Source: Amoebophrya sp. A120
Taxonomy: Eukaryota > Protista > Dinoflagellata
NCBI GenBank assembly: GCA_905178155.1
Contig: CAJINV010000007.1
Coordinates: 4,552,258-4,616,257, forward strand
Direction: 5' to 3'
DNA: 64,000 bases
Numbering within the stretch: the first letter of the stretch is position 1; each line of letters opens with the position of its first letter. Under the pieces are notes generated by a model that saw only the letters and a list, made by a program, of their open reading frames with translations, made no database searches and was not told the origin of the DNA. Shown piece by piece: positions 24,201 to 34,199 of the stretch. Both the position numbers and the translations under genes were made by a program.

Positions 24201-25248
24201 ATGACCCGAGGTACGTGCGTTGCAGAGCAGGCAAGTGAGGCCGATTGTGAGCCTGTTTGGGGTTACAGCTTGAGCTGCTAAAGTAGCATGCGAAAATCAC
24301 TCTTCTTTGCCTAAACAGCATGACAAACTGGATTTAGGGACCACCGAAATTTGTCATGCGCCACTTGGCAACTGGGTTCCAACTGGCATCCATTTTATGC
24401 ATGACAAATTATTTCAACTTTGTCGATTTCAACTCTGACACATCCATAACTTCCCCACCTTCCCGACGACCCCCGCTTTCTGCTGTACTTCCAGCGCACT
24501 GGAAGGAGCCTGGTCTTCTTCCCGCGGGGGCCCTGGAGAGTTTCCATCGATTTTTTGTTGCGGGTTCTTGCGCCCCGATCATATGCATTGCAAATATGTC
24601 TGGGTGGTCTACTTGAAATAAAGCTGGTCTTGCGTATTTATTCATGTGAAATCTGTACAATTGCATGGCCAACAAAAGTCGCAGTGGCAGCCCCTCTTGT
24701 GGCACACACGCGCGGCTTCTCATGCGGAGTGCGTACGAGAAAACGTTCTGCAAACCTGTCACACTTTCCTTCATATTAAGGAAGTGCTTTCATCATGCTC
24801 ATTTTAGCATCACAAATTTCCAGACCCGCCAGAGCCAGATGACATAATTGCAATTGCATTTGATATCCAATTCTGTGCTGCTCCCGGCCGGCTCGGTGGG
24901 AACGGGAACGGACGTCGAAGCATCCTCGTATGAAGATTTTCCCTGGCTGAAAGAATTATCGGGCGCGAACGAGAAGTGTAGTTCGGCGTCAGAGTGATCT
25001 TGGTCGTCGCCCACGCCCACCTGATCCTGATCGTCATCGTCAAAGTCCTCGATTACATTAAATTCGTGTGGGCCCGTCTCGTGTAGTTGCAACTTATCGC
25101 GCGCCGCTTCTTCATGATTCGGCCGCTGCTCCAGCACCAGCGCGGTCGCTAGACAACTGCTATCACCCCCCTGATGAAGGAGAAATGGCACGACGACGTC
25201 GGCAGCGAGTTGACGTCCCAACAAGTAGGTCGCGGCTGAACGGACCAT
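18239..25248 (-). CDS. Tandem bacterial-type PH domain (bPH_1-like) protein with hydrophobic N-terminus, 14 exons
   Basis: Continuous frame after removing 13 introner-type introns (one junction approximate). Four PH-like units: PDEKVYFLFE..MLWTSEQVL, SDEVVDVAL..RDAIVFTNYRIL..YESFTYDSV, EEVELAYQ..FVFTNRRVV..YISLTYDAI, PGEIVYFAF..ILFTNFRIL..WESIPYEEI. Confidence 0.75.
18906..19081. mobile_element. Introner, family B (diverged)
   Basis: TSD TAATG/TCATG; joins AMNM|ILFTNFRIL. Confidence 0.8.
19436..19638. mobile_element. Introner, family B (diverged)
   Basis: TIR TATGCATTGCAAAAG; TSD CGCTT/TGCCT; joins YYQA|DPKLI. Confidence 0.82.
19720..19864. mobile_element. Introner, family B
   Basis: TIR TATNNNNTGCAAAAGTATCGTACTCGTA; TSD CGGTG; frame restored. 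Confidence 0.92.
19944..20093. mobile_element. Introner, family B
   Basis: TSD GGTGA; joins FRLT|RVGIAG. Confidence 0.92.
20131..20284. mobile_element. Introner, singleton family (TIR TATGCAATGTAAATTTCCTGTACA)
   Basis: TSD TGAAC; joins ALF|TIHAYL. Confidence 0.9.
20353..20470. mobile_element. Introner, short (TIR TATCCCCTGAAAATTAACCATCCCCATC)
   Basis: 28-bp TIR; TSD AACGC/AATGC; frame restored. Confidence 0.9.
20780..20995 (-). repeat. Coding Gly/Met tandem repeat (GMGIGA/GMGMGG)
   Basis: 18-bp unit GCACCGATGCCCATGCCA repeated within an exon. Confidence 0.85.
21151..21498. mobile_element. Decayed introner-type intron (left boundary approximate)
   Basis: Right end CAGGATA is typical; left end degenerate; removal needed to link NTDIP to TLLEKWG. 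Confidence 0.45.
22680..22931. mobile_element. Introner, family A
   Basis: TSD GGAGG; joins SLNL|RSPRGY; near-identical to 49146-49403. Confidence 0.93.
22994..23256. mobile_element. Introner, family A
   Basis: TSD ACGCG; joins GELA|YDLAYF. Confidence 0.93.
23594..23840. mobile_element. Decayed introner-type non-canonical intron (span includes one direct-repeat copy)
   Basis: Direct repeat CAGCAA at 23588-23593 and 23835-23840; TIRs nearly gone; joins RRRLL|WMPHPDEK; no GT-AG. Confidence 0.65.
23961..24105. mobile_element. Introner, family B
   Basis: TSD TTGGG; joins WDLVP|KDAMAP. Confidence 0.92.
24142..24448. mobile_element. Introner, singleton family (~55-bp TIR TATGGAAGCGTCAGGTTTGAAATC)
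   Basis: TSD ACTTC; joins KVGK|WLGACW. Confidence 0.92.
24582..24865. mobile_element. Introner, family A (diverged, TSD decayed)
   Basis: Family A TIRs with small insertions; flanks GATCA/TCCAA; element+5 bp removal restores STEL|EGRKNP. Confidence 0.8.
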
Positions 25249-26894
25249 GGTCCGGAGCCGGAGGGTGGAGGAAGTTTTCACGATCTTGTGGTAGTTATTC
25301 AGCCTTATATCAAAGACAGATTCCACTTCATCCAGGAAAACGAAACGGAAGGACTCGATAGATACCGAAAGTCGATCTTAAAGTTCATTGTTGTAATTCT
25401 AAAAGTTAAATTTCGCTTGTTATATGCTCCTCGCTTGGGCTATTTGATCTTCACTAAGAAAGAACCTAACGCCCGTTGTTCCTTCGAAGGATGAAGGTGG
25501 ATCGCCAGGATCTTCCGAGTACCTCCCTTGTCGTGCAGCGACATATTCAGCAAATGCATGGCCTTGAGGTACACCTTACCGAGTACAGAGAAAGTTGTGA
25601 GCTTGCTGCAATACAGGAAGATCTTCTTCTTCTTCTTGGTCAATATCAACTACGCAAAAATAATTCAGCCGACATTCAATGATACAAGAATAAGGGAAGC
25701 TACTTTCGTGACCGATCCAGTTGCTAGCGCAATTTACGTGAAAATTAGTACCACTACCACAGACACATGGGAAAACAGCGGCGAACCGATGATAGTGAGA
25801 GCCTCGTCAAGGAGGACATAGCCTGTAGTTGGAATGCAACCGATGAGAAATTTTAGCCGATTCTGACGCTTCTGCGTCGGGTCTTCCTTGGTGCTGCCTC
25901 GTTTACTACTTCACCGATATTTTTGTTTTTGCAAAACAGGATTTCAATTTGGATGTCTTCTTTGAAGGGATCGGGGAGACGAGATTGCTTCGCGATTCGA
26001 GTTTGAAGCGATACGGCAAGCAGCCTCACACCCAGCAAGAGCGGGGCCAGGCGGGCAATCATAACTGCACCAACCTGATCCATGAGCAGCAATCCTCACG
26101 ACGGCTGCCTCTAACCAGCCACGACGCCTGTACCGGCATCATGACACCGAGATCTACAAAATGATATATGAGGTCTGCGTCCGCTGAACACTGCAATACC
26201 AATATCAGCCGGGGGCATTTGATTATGATGTCATACCAAAGACGACGAGAAGAATTGTGTGGAATATCATACAACTCGTTGGCATGCACGGTTTGCATTT
26301 CTTCCGAGCTACGGGGTACGTAGTTGGGTTGCGTGGGTTAAAACTTGGGGTAGACTCCAACCATGTGCTTCCTCTTGTCGAGCGAAATTATTGATTGGCA
26401 CGTTGCTACAGCGTCGCGTGTACCATTCAGGATCCTCCGCAAGATAAAAAGACACAAGATTAGAATAGAAGATAATGTTAATGTAAGGCATCGTGGCGGG
26501 TTACGCGCATAACGCGAGGAAAACTTTCGCTACGGGGTACGTACTGAATGTGTACGAAAGATTTGGTGAAATGAAAAATTTTGAAATGTTGATGTTGATG
26601 TTGATGTTGGCTTGAAAGCGAGGCTTTGATAAATGGAAACTGATTGAAAATACAAGTACTTACACTTACTGTCGAACAAATGTACAGACTCTCGTGTTTG
26701 GAAGTAATATATTTGAAAAAGAAAACTAATGAGAAAAATTTGGATGAAGTTTGGAAAAGTAAAAATCAGATACTCATGTTCTCGCACAAAATGCACTTGA
26801 AGATTTGTTTGGACAACTGAAGCAAAGTTGTTTTGTTCGTAGTGTACATATAGCACTTTTTGTTCATGGTCATGGCACAGACAGGAACTCTCAC

Positions 26895-29800
26895 TCACAT
26901 CGCAGCCATTTCCCACACAAGCGCCCGCTTCCCGCCGCTTTTTGGCACGATGCTGCGCAGCCGGACCGCGGTGGTAGCGTTGAATTGGATCGGCTCAGTA
27001 TCCTTCTCCACATCGAACTCGTCGATGCTCTGCTTCATTTTCATAACTATGAACTGCAAAAGTATCGCACTAGTATAAATTGCAATACAAATTTGCTCAG
27101 CATTACAAATTAAATTTGCACTGCAGGCTTGCCTTAAAAAAAAAGATTTGTGACGCATAACTGCAATTACTACGAGTGCGATACTTTTGCCCGGGATACT
27201 AACGAGCTCCCGCATGATTTCTTCCTCCGTTTGCATCGCGAAGTTCATTCCCCCCGACTGGAACGTGATTTCGTTCTCCAGCATGGCGTCTTCGTCCACC
27301 TGTTGCGCAGAAGTAGCGCCATTTGTTCCAGCTACTTCCGCACCAGCCTCAGCCTGTTGGTTGTTCCGCTTCTGCCACAGGTCGTACACCAGTTGGCAGG
27401 TCAAAGTGGTCAGGCTGGTGTCTTGCTCCTCGTTCCCAGTCGGGGCGCTCGCGAGCACGACCAGCTGACTCGCTTTTGATGACGCGGCATCCTCAGGAGA
27501 AGTGGGCTCTGCTTCTGCGCTAGCTCCACCCAGCATGCCGGAAAAATCGGAGAAGGAGTGAAAGCAGAACGGCTTCAGTCGTTCCAGAAACACATTTGGC
27601 CACGACTCCGTCGCCGATCCTCCTGCCGGCCTGTCGTAGTCAACGCGGCACTCCAGCTATCCAAGAAAAAAACGGTGTAGGTGTAACTCTTTTGGAGGAA
27701 CAGCATCACAAATCTGTCTGGCATGACAGCAAAAACCTGTCATGCGCAGATATTATGCGAAAAAGCCCTGCAATGGGCCCTACAATGCATGCCAAGCATG
27801 ACAGACGCAATCTTTTTGCATGTTGCGCATCACAAATTTACACTAACAGCGTTATTTTCTTGGATACCAGCGCGAAGCACTGCCCGTCGTTCGGGAGTTT
27901 CAGCGGGAAGAGAAACATGGAGTTTTGGTCTAGGAAGAACTGCAGCTCCTTTTTGTAGTTTTCGAACTCGGATATGCATTGCAAAAGTATCGCACTAGTA
28001 TAAATCGCAATACAAATTCTTCCAAGAGGAAAAATGGAATTTGTAATGCAGATTTTGCTAAGAAACAATATCTGTCATGCGTGATTGCGATTAATACGAG
28101 TGCGATACTTTTGCACAGGATATCGGAGCTACTGCCGTCGATGGATTTCAGCAGTTGGCACGCGCTGGCGGCGGCAGACGTGTTCGGAATGTCGATCCGC
28201 TCGTACAAGTTCACGACCTCGAAAACTTTGCTCACCCCGAACATCGCCTGTTGCTTCTTGCACATCACGTCCGCGTAGAGATACTTGCCGCCGGTGATCT
28301 CCTGCTGAAGGCAGTACTCTGCGGGGATGAAGGTTTCCAGATCCTCCCCCGTTTTCGCCGCGGACTTGTGTTGCGCGAACAGGAACGCGGCCAGCTCCTC
28401 ACCGGAGGTGAAGATTTTGGACTCTCCGGGCAGAGAGAGGCTCTTCACCGCGGAAAGCACCATGCGTGGCTTGGGGATGTTGTCCAGGAGCGAGGTTGTT
28501 GACAATAGACCCTCTCCGTCTACTTGTGGAGAAGTTGTGGTCTCGTTGCCATTTGCATTTGCTTCCGCAGCTTCTTGCTCTGCTGGGGCAAGAGCCTCCG
28601 CTTGTTCTCCGGTTGTACTAGCAGGGGCAGCAGCTTCTGCAGCTGTAGTCAAGTGCAAAGCGGTCCACGAGGTTTCGACGTTCGCGTCCCAGAAGTCCTG
28701 GACTTGCGTTTTCATCTCACTTTCCACATCCACCATGAATTTCGTGTTCAAGTTATCCTAGGTAAAAACGTCCCCACCCCATACTAGTCAAGATGGGAAA
28801 TCTGCTAGACAACTCTACAAGCTTAGGGCGTTGCGCATGACAAGTTCAGCCTCGTACTGTAATCCTGTTTACCTCGTTCAGAAGCATCACAAATCTAGTC
28901 TACCATGCTGATTGGAGCATTTCAAATTCCAAAACGCGACTAGAAAATACCTGTCATGTTTGGGGCCCCGCATGAGAAACATGCTGAGCTTGAGCATGCG
29001 TTTTTGCATGACAACTCTGGGGTGGGGACGTTTTTACCCAGGATACAGGTCCAATTCCGTGCTCAGCTTGCAGACCACCAAGCCCGGGTAGATGGAATCC
29101 GCGAGCGGAAGCATGGTCGAGCTGCTGGCGTCGGCTCCTGTGTCATTGTAGTCCTGGAACAGGTTCTTACTACAAAAGTTGTAGTAGTGTTGGAAAAACT
29201 CCGGGAAGTATCCTGTGCAAAAGTATCGTGTTCGTATAAATGCAAGTCTTGCACTACAAATGCAAATCCTTGTCTTGAGGCAAATCTGCATTACAAATTT
29301 TATTGCTGAGGAAATTTGTAATGCATTTATACGAATGCGATACTTGTGCAATTCATAGGAAGCAGTTCGCGACGATGTCCTCCTCGAAATGGCTCACGAG
29401 GGGCTTGTATCAAATGCAAAAGTGTCTGGGTCTGAAAGAATGCACCTTGTGATGCTGAATTTGGATGCCAAAAAAATAAATTTGTATTGCATGAGTAGCA
29501 AAGGGAATGCGATTTTTGCTACGCGGATAGGGCATTTGTCATGCGAATTCGGCATCAAGAACCCCTCGAAAAGTCTGTGATGCTACGGGATGCATCACAG
29601 ACGTCATGGCTCATGCAAAACGTGCATGACAAATCTAAAAATCTTCCAGACCCAGACATTTTTGCATTTGGTAGCTTGTTGCTCGTGTTCATCACGCAGA
29701 GGATGCTGGCGCTGAAGTTTTCCAGTCTCGTCTTCAGCGCGACGATCTCCTCCGGCTCGAGTCTGGTCCCCGCCGACATTTTGTACACGTCGAGCTGCCC

Positions 29801-32800
29801 GAGTTTCTGCTTGGCGTCCGCGAGTTGGAGAAAGGTCTCGGTGGTCTTCGCCATAGGCAGGTCGGCATCCTCGAAGTAGAGAAGGATCGGCCGCTATCCA
29901 CAGAAAAAAACCCATCCACATCCATTTTTTGCATGACAAGCCCAGGATTCTATGTATATTTTGCATGACAAATTGGATTTGGATGGGTGTTTTTTCCTGG
30001 ATAGCCGCTCCGTGTCGTCCAGTTTGTTCACATCGTCGATTTCATCGGCTTGCTCTTCTTCTGCAGGCTGCGCCTCGCTTTCTGCAACGGCCCCAGGTAA
30101 AGGAGCCTCTTCTTTCGCGGACGTGCTGACCCGGCGCGCGCGGCGCTGGTGATCTTGTTCCCCAGGCGGGTAGAATCCGTCTTCGGAGCTGTGCGTCGTG
30201 AGCGGCATCTGGACGATCTGCTGGGGGAGCTTGTGGTAGATCGTCTGAATCTTATGGATTGCAAAAATGTCTGGGTCTGGAAGATTTCGAGACTTCTCAT
30301 GCTAGTTTGGCATGACTCTGAACTCTGTATTGCGTGGCCACGAAGACCTCCTCTTGTCCGTCATGCAAAAACGATGTTTCTCATGCGGAATACGCAACAG
30401 AGAGCCACGAGAAAATCAAAATCTGTCATGCTTGGCGGTGCATTACAAGGCGCTTTCTGTTCACTGACATGCATCACAAGTTTCCAGACCCAGACATCAT
30501 TTTTGCATTTGATAAATCTTGCTGACCATCAGTTTCCGGTCGAAGTGCAAGACCTGGACACCGACGCACTCCTGATTCGGGATCAAGCACTCAAAGCGGT
30601 AGTTGACGCAGCGGTGCGCCACGTCGATGCAGTGGATGGCGGGGAAGCGGTAGGTGTTCGGCAGGTCGAAGAGGGAGTGACCCTTCTATGAATTGCAAAA
30701 GTATCGTACTCGTATAAATGCATGACAAATTTCTATTTCATCAGCATGAGAAATAAAATTTGTAATGCGGATTTGACTTAACAAGGTAATTTGTAATGCA
30801 TGATTGCAATACGAGTACGATACTTTTGCACAGGATACCTTCGTCGACTGCACCAAATGGGCTCTGAACCAGTCGAGGCAGTTCTGGAACCCCTCGTAGT
30901 ACTCGCCGCACTGGTCCATCTCGAGCTGCTTCTTGTATCGAAAAGAAAAATCACCCCTCCCCATATCGGGAACGAAATTTGTGATGCTGTATTTGAGTAC
31001 ACAAATCGACTTGCATTGCTAGAAGGCTAAGAGACGCGGCTGTGATCTGAATTGCAGGCAATTTGTCATGCTGTTTCCCACTTCCAGTTGCCTCGTGTCA
31101 TGCTGGAGATGCAAAAATACTTTCCCACGCTAGGTGGCACTACAGTCCGCATCTTTTGCCTTCTAGCATCACAAACGACCTGATTTGTGACCACAAATCT
31201 GCATCACAGATTTCTGTTTTGATATGGGGAGGGGGATTTTTTCCTTTCGATATCTTGGACAGCATCTTCCCGAGCTCCTCCATGTCCTTCAACAGGATGG
31301 CGCGCAGGAACTGCAGCGTGCGGGACAGAAATTTGAACGAAAGACTGGAGTCCCGCGTGTAGAACGGCGACCGTTCCTCGTCCTGGGCCTTGTATCCAAA
31401 AAAAAATGTTAACATTAACATTTTCACTATTCAAATTTTTGTCATGATTTTGTTTGCTTTTTTTTCATTTTACATGCCAAAAAATACACTATTGATGTAG
31501 CTACTCGAAATAAAACCCACGGACAACTAGCTAGATTGATATGCTATTGTTGAGAGCTAGCTAGGCTGAGGTCTGCCGGCGCGGCGGACGTGAAGGTGCG
31601 AAGATCCGGGCTGTGGAGGAGCAGCTCCGCGAACATCCGGCTCTGGGCGTGCCCTCGGCCCCAGATGGGGCCGAGGGAGCGACTAGGACATTCTGGTCTC
31701 GTGAAGGTCGGGTCGAGTATACCACTTTTCGGACCGAAGCAGGACGGACTCCGAGACCCTAGCCTAGCTAGCTCAAAACATAAGCTACATCATTTAGCTA
31801 GTTGTCCGTGGGTTGATATGCATAGTAGCAAAAATTATTGAATACAATTCGAATGCAAAAAGTGATTTTTTTTCGTCAAAAAATGCATTGAGATTTTAAC
31901 TAGTGAAAGTGTTACTGTTAACATTTTTTTTTTGGATACCTTGGAATTCGAAATCACGTCGCGCAACTTCAACAATTTCTGCTTCTGCTTCCCGACCAGC
32001 CCCGTGATTAGTTGCACCAGCGTCGGCGACTGCGTCGGGCCCGCGCCCCACACCACCGCGTTCTCCTTCGTGATGTGCACGTGGTACACTTCCTCCTTGT
32101 CCTCGCCCCGCGCGACCTTCCCGGCGCAGAACGCCAGCATGCGTTCCACCGAACTTATCGCGAGAAAAAAGTGTTACAGTTACACATTCGTTGGAGCTTC
32201 TGCATCACAAATTTTCTCTGTGTGGCAGGCAAAACTTGTAATGCAAAGGTCATTAGGGAAAACAGGAAGGAAACGAGGCTCCCGAGCATTTCCTGCATGA
32301 GAAAGGTTGTCTCTGTTGCCGGTCTTGCATCACAATGTGTAACTGTAGCACTTTTTTCTTGCGATAGAACTGGGGTCCAGCTTGGTGGGAACCGCCTTCG
32401 TGCTGTAGCGCGACACGCGCTATCCTGATTAAAAACGTCCCCACACCAGAGTCAAGCTGGGAAATCTGCTAGACAAATCAACTAGCTTTCGTTGTTTGGC
32501 ATGACAAGTTTGTCCTCGTAGTGTAATCCTGTTTAGCTAGTGCAGAAGCATCACTGAACTAGCATAGCATGCTTATCCTAGCATCACAAATTCCAAAACA
32601 CGAAAAGAAATAGAAAATGCTTCTCATAGAGCTCCGCATGAGAAACTTTCTTGGCATGCAGAATTGCATGACAACTATGGGGTGGGGATGTTTTTCCACG
32701 GGATACGCGCTTGCGGGTCTTCTTCGGGGGCAGATTGGCCTGGGGCAGCCACGTGTCGTTTTCCGTCGGGTGGATCTCGATATCAAATGCAAATATGTCT

Positions 32801-33247
32801 GGGTCTGGAAGATTGCTAGGTTTGTCATGCATATTTTGCATGAACCACGATGCCTGTAATGCATCGCCTAGCATCACAGATCTTGAGAGGGCTTTCTGAT
32901 GCGTAATCCGCATGGCAAATGCACTCCCCGCGTAGCACGAACTGGACTCCTTCTGCTGGTAATGCAATACAGATTTTTTTAGAATCCAGAGACAGCATGA
33001 CGAGTTCGCTCTCGTTGCAGTCTTCCAGCAGACCCAGACATATTTGCAATGCGTACTCGAAGGCGAGCTGCGACGGCAGCTCCACGGCGTGGAACGTCGC
33101 GCCCGCGTAGTTGCCGAAGCCGGCGGTCTCGCCCTTCGACGCTTTCAAGGGGTGACACATGGACACCTGCCGGTAGCTGAAGCACGGCCCACGCGTAGCT
33201 TTCTCTTTGGACAGAGAGTCCGAGAAAAAGTGACCCGTGCGAACCAT
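26895..33247 (-). CDS. Large hypothetical protein with possible degenerate ATP-grasp-like C-terminal region, 15 exons
   Basis: Continuous frame from MVRTGHFF to LVWEMAAM* after removing 14 introners; segments KPRMVLSAVKS..SKIFTSGEEL, YCLQQEITGG, FPLKLPNDGQCFALECR recall ATP-grasp motifs. Confidence 0.75.
27048..27198. mobile_element. Introner, family B
   Basis: TSD ATAAC/CTAAC; element+TSD is 156 bp and stop-free in frame. Confidence 0.88.
27658..27866. mobile_element. Introner, family D-like (TIR TATCCAAGAAAA)
   Basis: TSD CCAGC; joins CFAL|ECRVDY. Confidence 0.9.
27973..28122. mobile_element. Introner, family B
   Basis: TSD TCGGA; joins SSS|EFENYK. Confidence 0.92.
28754..29045. mobile_element. 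Introner, family C (TIR TATCCTAGGTAAAAACGTCCCCACCCCA)
   Basis: TSD CAAGT/CAGGT; homologous to 32421-32705; joins ELDL|NTKFM. Confidence 0.92.
29209..29357. mobile_element. Introner, family B (opposite orientation to 23961-24105)
   Basis: TSD GGAAG; joins NCF|PEFFQ. Confidence 0.92.
29408..29673. mobile_element. Introner, family A
   Basis: TSD GCTTG; joins SNK|PLVSHF. Confidence 0.92.
29895..30003. mobile_element. Introner, shortest copy (109 bp, TIR TATCCACAGAAAAAAACCCATCCA)
   Basis: TSD GCCGC; joins DTER|PILLYF. Confidence 0.9.
30253..30514. mobile_element. Introner, family A
   Basis: TSD AATCT; joins VSKI|QTIYHK. Confidence 0.93.
30687..30837. mobile_element. Introner, family B
   Basis: TSD CCTTC; joins QSTK|GHSLFD. 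Confidence 0.93.
30936..31252. mobile_element. Introner (TIR TATCGAAAAGAAAAATCACCCCTCCCCATATC)
   Basis: TSD TCTTG; joins MLSK|KQLEMD. Confidence 0.92.
31393..31938. mobile_element. Long introner with ~180-bp imperfect TIRs and GC-rich core
   Basis: TSD CCTTG; arms share TATCCAAAAAAAAATGTTAACA and AACCCACGGACAACTAGCTA..GAGCTAGCTAGGCT; joins SNSK|AQDEER. Confidence 0.92.
32156..32366. mobile_element. Introner, family D (TIR TATCGCGAGAAAAAAGTGTTACAGTTACACATT)
   Basis: TSD GAACT; joins DPS|SVERML. Confidence 0.92.
32421..32705. mobile_element. Introner, family C
   Basis: TSD CGCGC; joins TRKR|VSRYST. Confidence 0.92.
32781..33055. mobile_element. Introner, family A
   Basis: TSD CTCGA; joins LAFE|IHPTEN. 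Confidence 0.92.
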
Positions 33248-34199
33248 GGCGAAGTGAGTCCGATTTGGTTTTGTTTTTCCGAAGTAGTAACAGGGATGAT
33301 GTAGTCTACTTGGCGTCTATACAATTCTTACGCTTAGTACCGTTTTTTTGGAAAGATGGAGAAGATGGGTATCGATGCAACAGCTCGATAGTTTGATGAA
33401 AAGCAATGAGCAGGACGGCAGAAAAATGCAAACAATGTTGAGTAATAACTGCTGTACCTGGAGTTCGTGTTTTGAAGCTCAAAAAGTTAACAGGTTCAAC
33501 AGAATAAAAGCCAGCGAGAAGTAGATTGAACAGGTGAAGCAGAGTAGTAACCAATTTCAGGACGACACACCAGAACGATGACACCAACAACGAGCACGAC
33601 GAGATTGGAATTGCGGAGGCAAGAAAAAGAATGAACGAATTTTCTATACGAGCTGTGAACGAACGACAACGAATGACGCCAAACTGTCTTTTGTGGATTA
33701 CTTAAGAAAGATTTTGTCGTGCAGAACGACCTGTTGGTTTCAAAAAGAAAGCGCAAATAGGAGCGAACAATTCTGATTTTGCTCTTCTTGATTTTCTTGT
33801 CCCGTTAGTTTTTCCGGCACGAGAGATTACAAACACAATATGTGCGTTCAGAGCGAAAAATATCGTACAGAGCGAAAATTTTCTGTTTGGAGAACAGCCG
33901 GATTCTGGCGTGAAGATCAAAGTGACCAAAAGTCGCAAACTTCTACATGTGTTGGTGTTGCCGCTATTCTGAAGACGGTAAATCACCGTATACTAAAAAG
34001 ACTGAGCATGCTGATACACCGGCTGGCTCGTCGAGTTCTAGTTTTACTCCTCCTTTGCTCTGAGGTGGTGAGAAATCCGGATGTAAAGTCGGACGACGGA
34101 GACATACCGCACAACAAGAACTCATCTGCAAGAAAGAGCTACTATGTGGTCTTCTGCTGCAGACACCAGCAGAAGTTGCCCTCCATATCAATTTCAGAC

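Noticed and set aside
19431-29050. TSD mismatches that are synonymous (19436, 28754), suggesting both copies are under coding selection
   Set aside because: Other mismatched pairs (18906, 20353, 24582) are non-synonymous, so there is no consistent pattern
21491-32710. Many element ends read RTATCCT on the gene strand, like the U12 minor-intron 5' splice site
   Set aside because: The preceding base is C or T in 12 of 26 perfect-TSD cases, many ends are TATG or TATCA, the same ends occur at the 3' side, and no TCCTTAAC-type branch point was seen
18906-33055. Recurrent repeats with unique spacers suggesting a CRISPR array
   Set aside because: Repeats are inverted pairs with 5-bp TSDs at irregular spacing, the spacers are in-frame exons, and no cas genes are present
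18239-33247. Reading the fragmented ORFs as transposon-killed pseudogenes
   Set aside because: No stop or frameshift remains after removing the inserts, including old diverged ones, which implies continued selection
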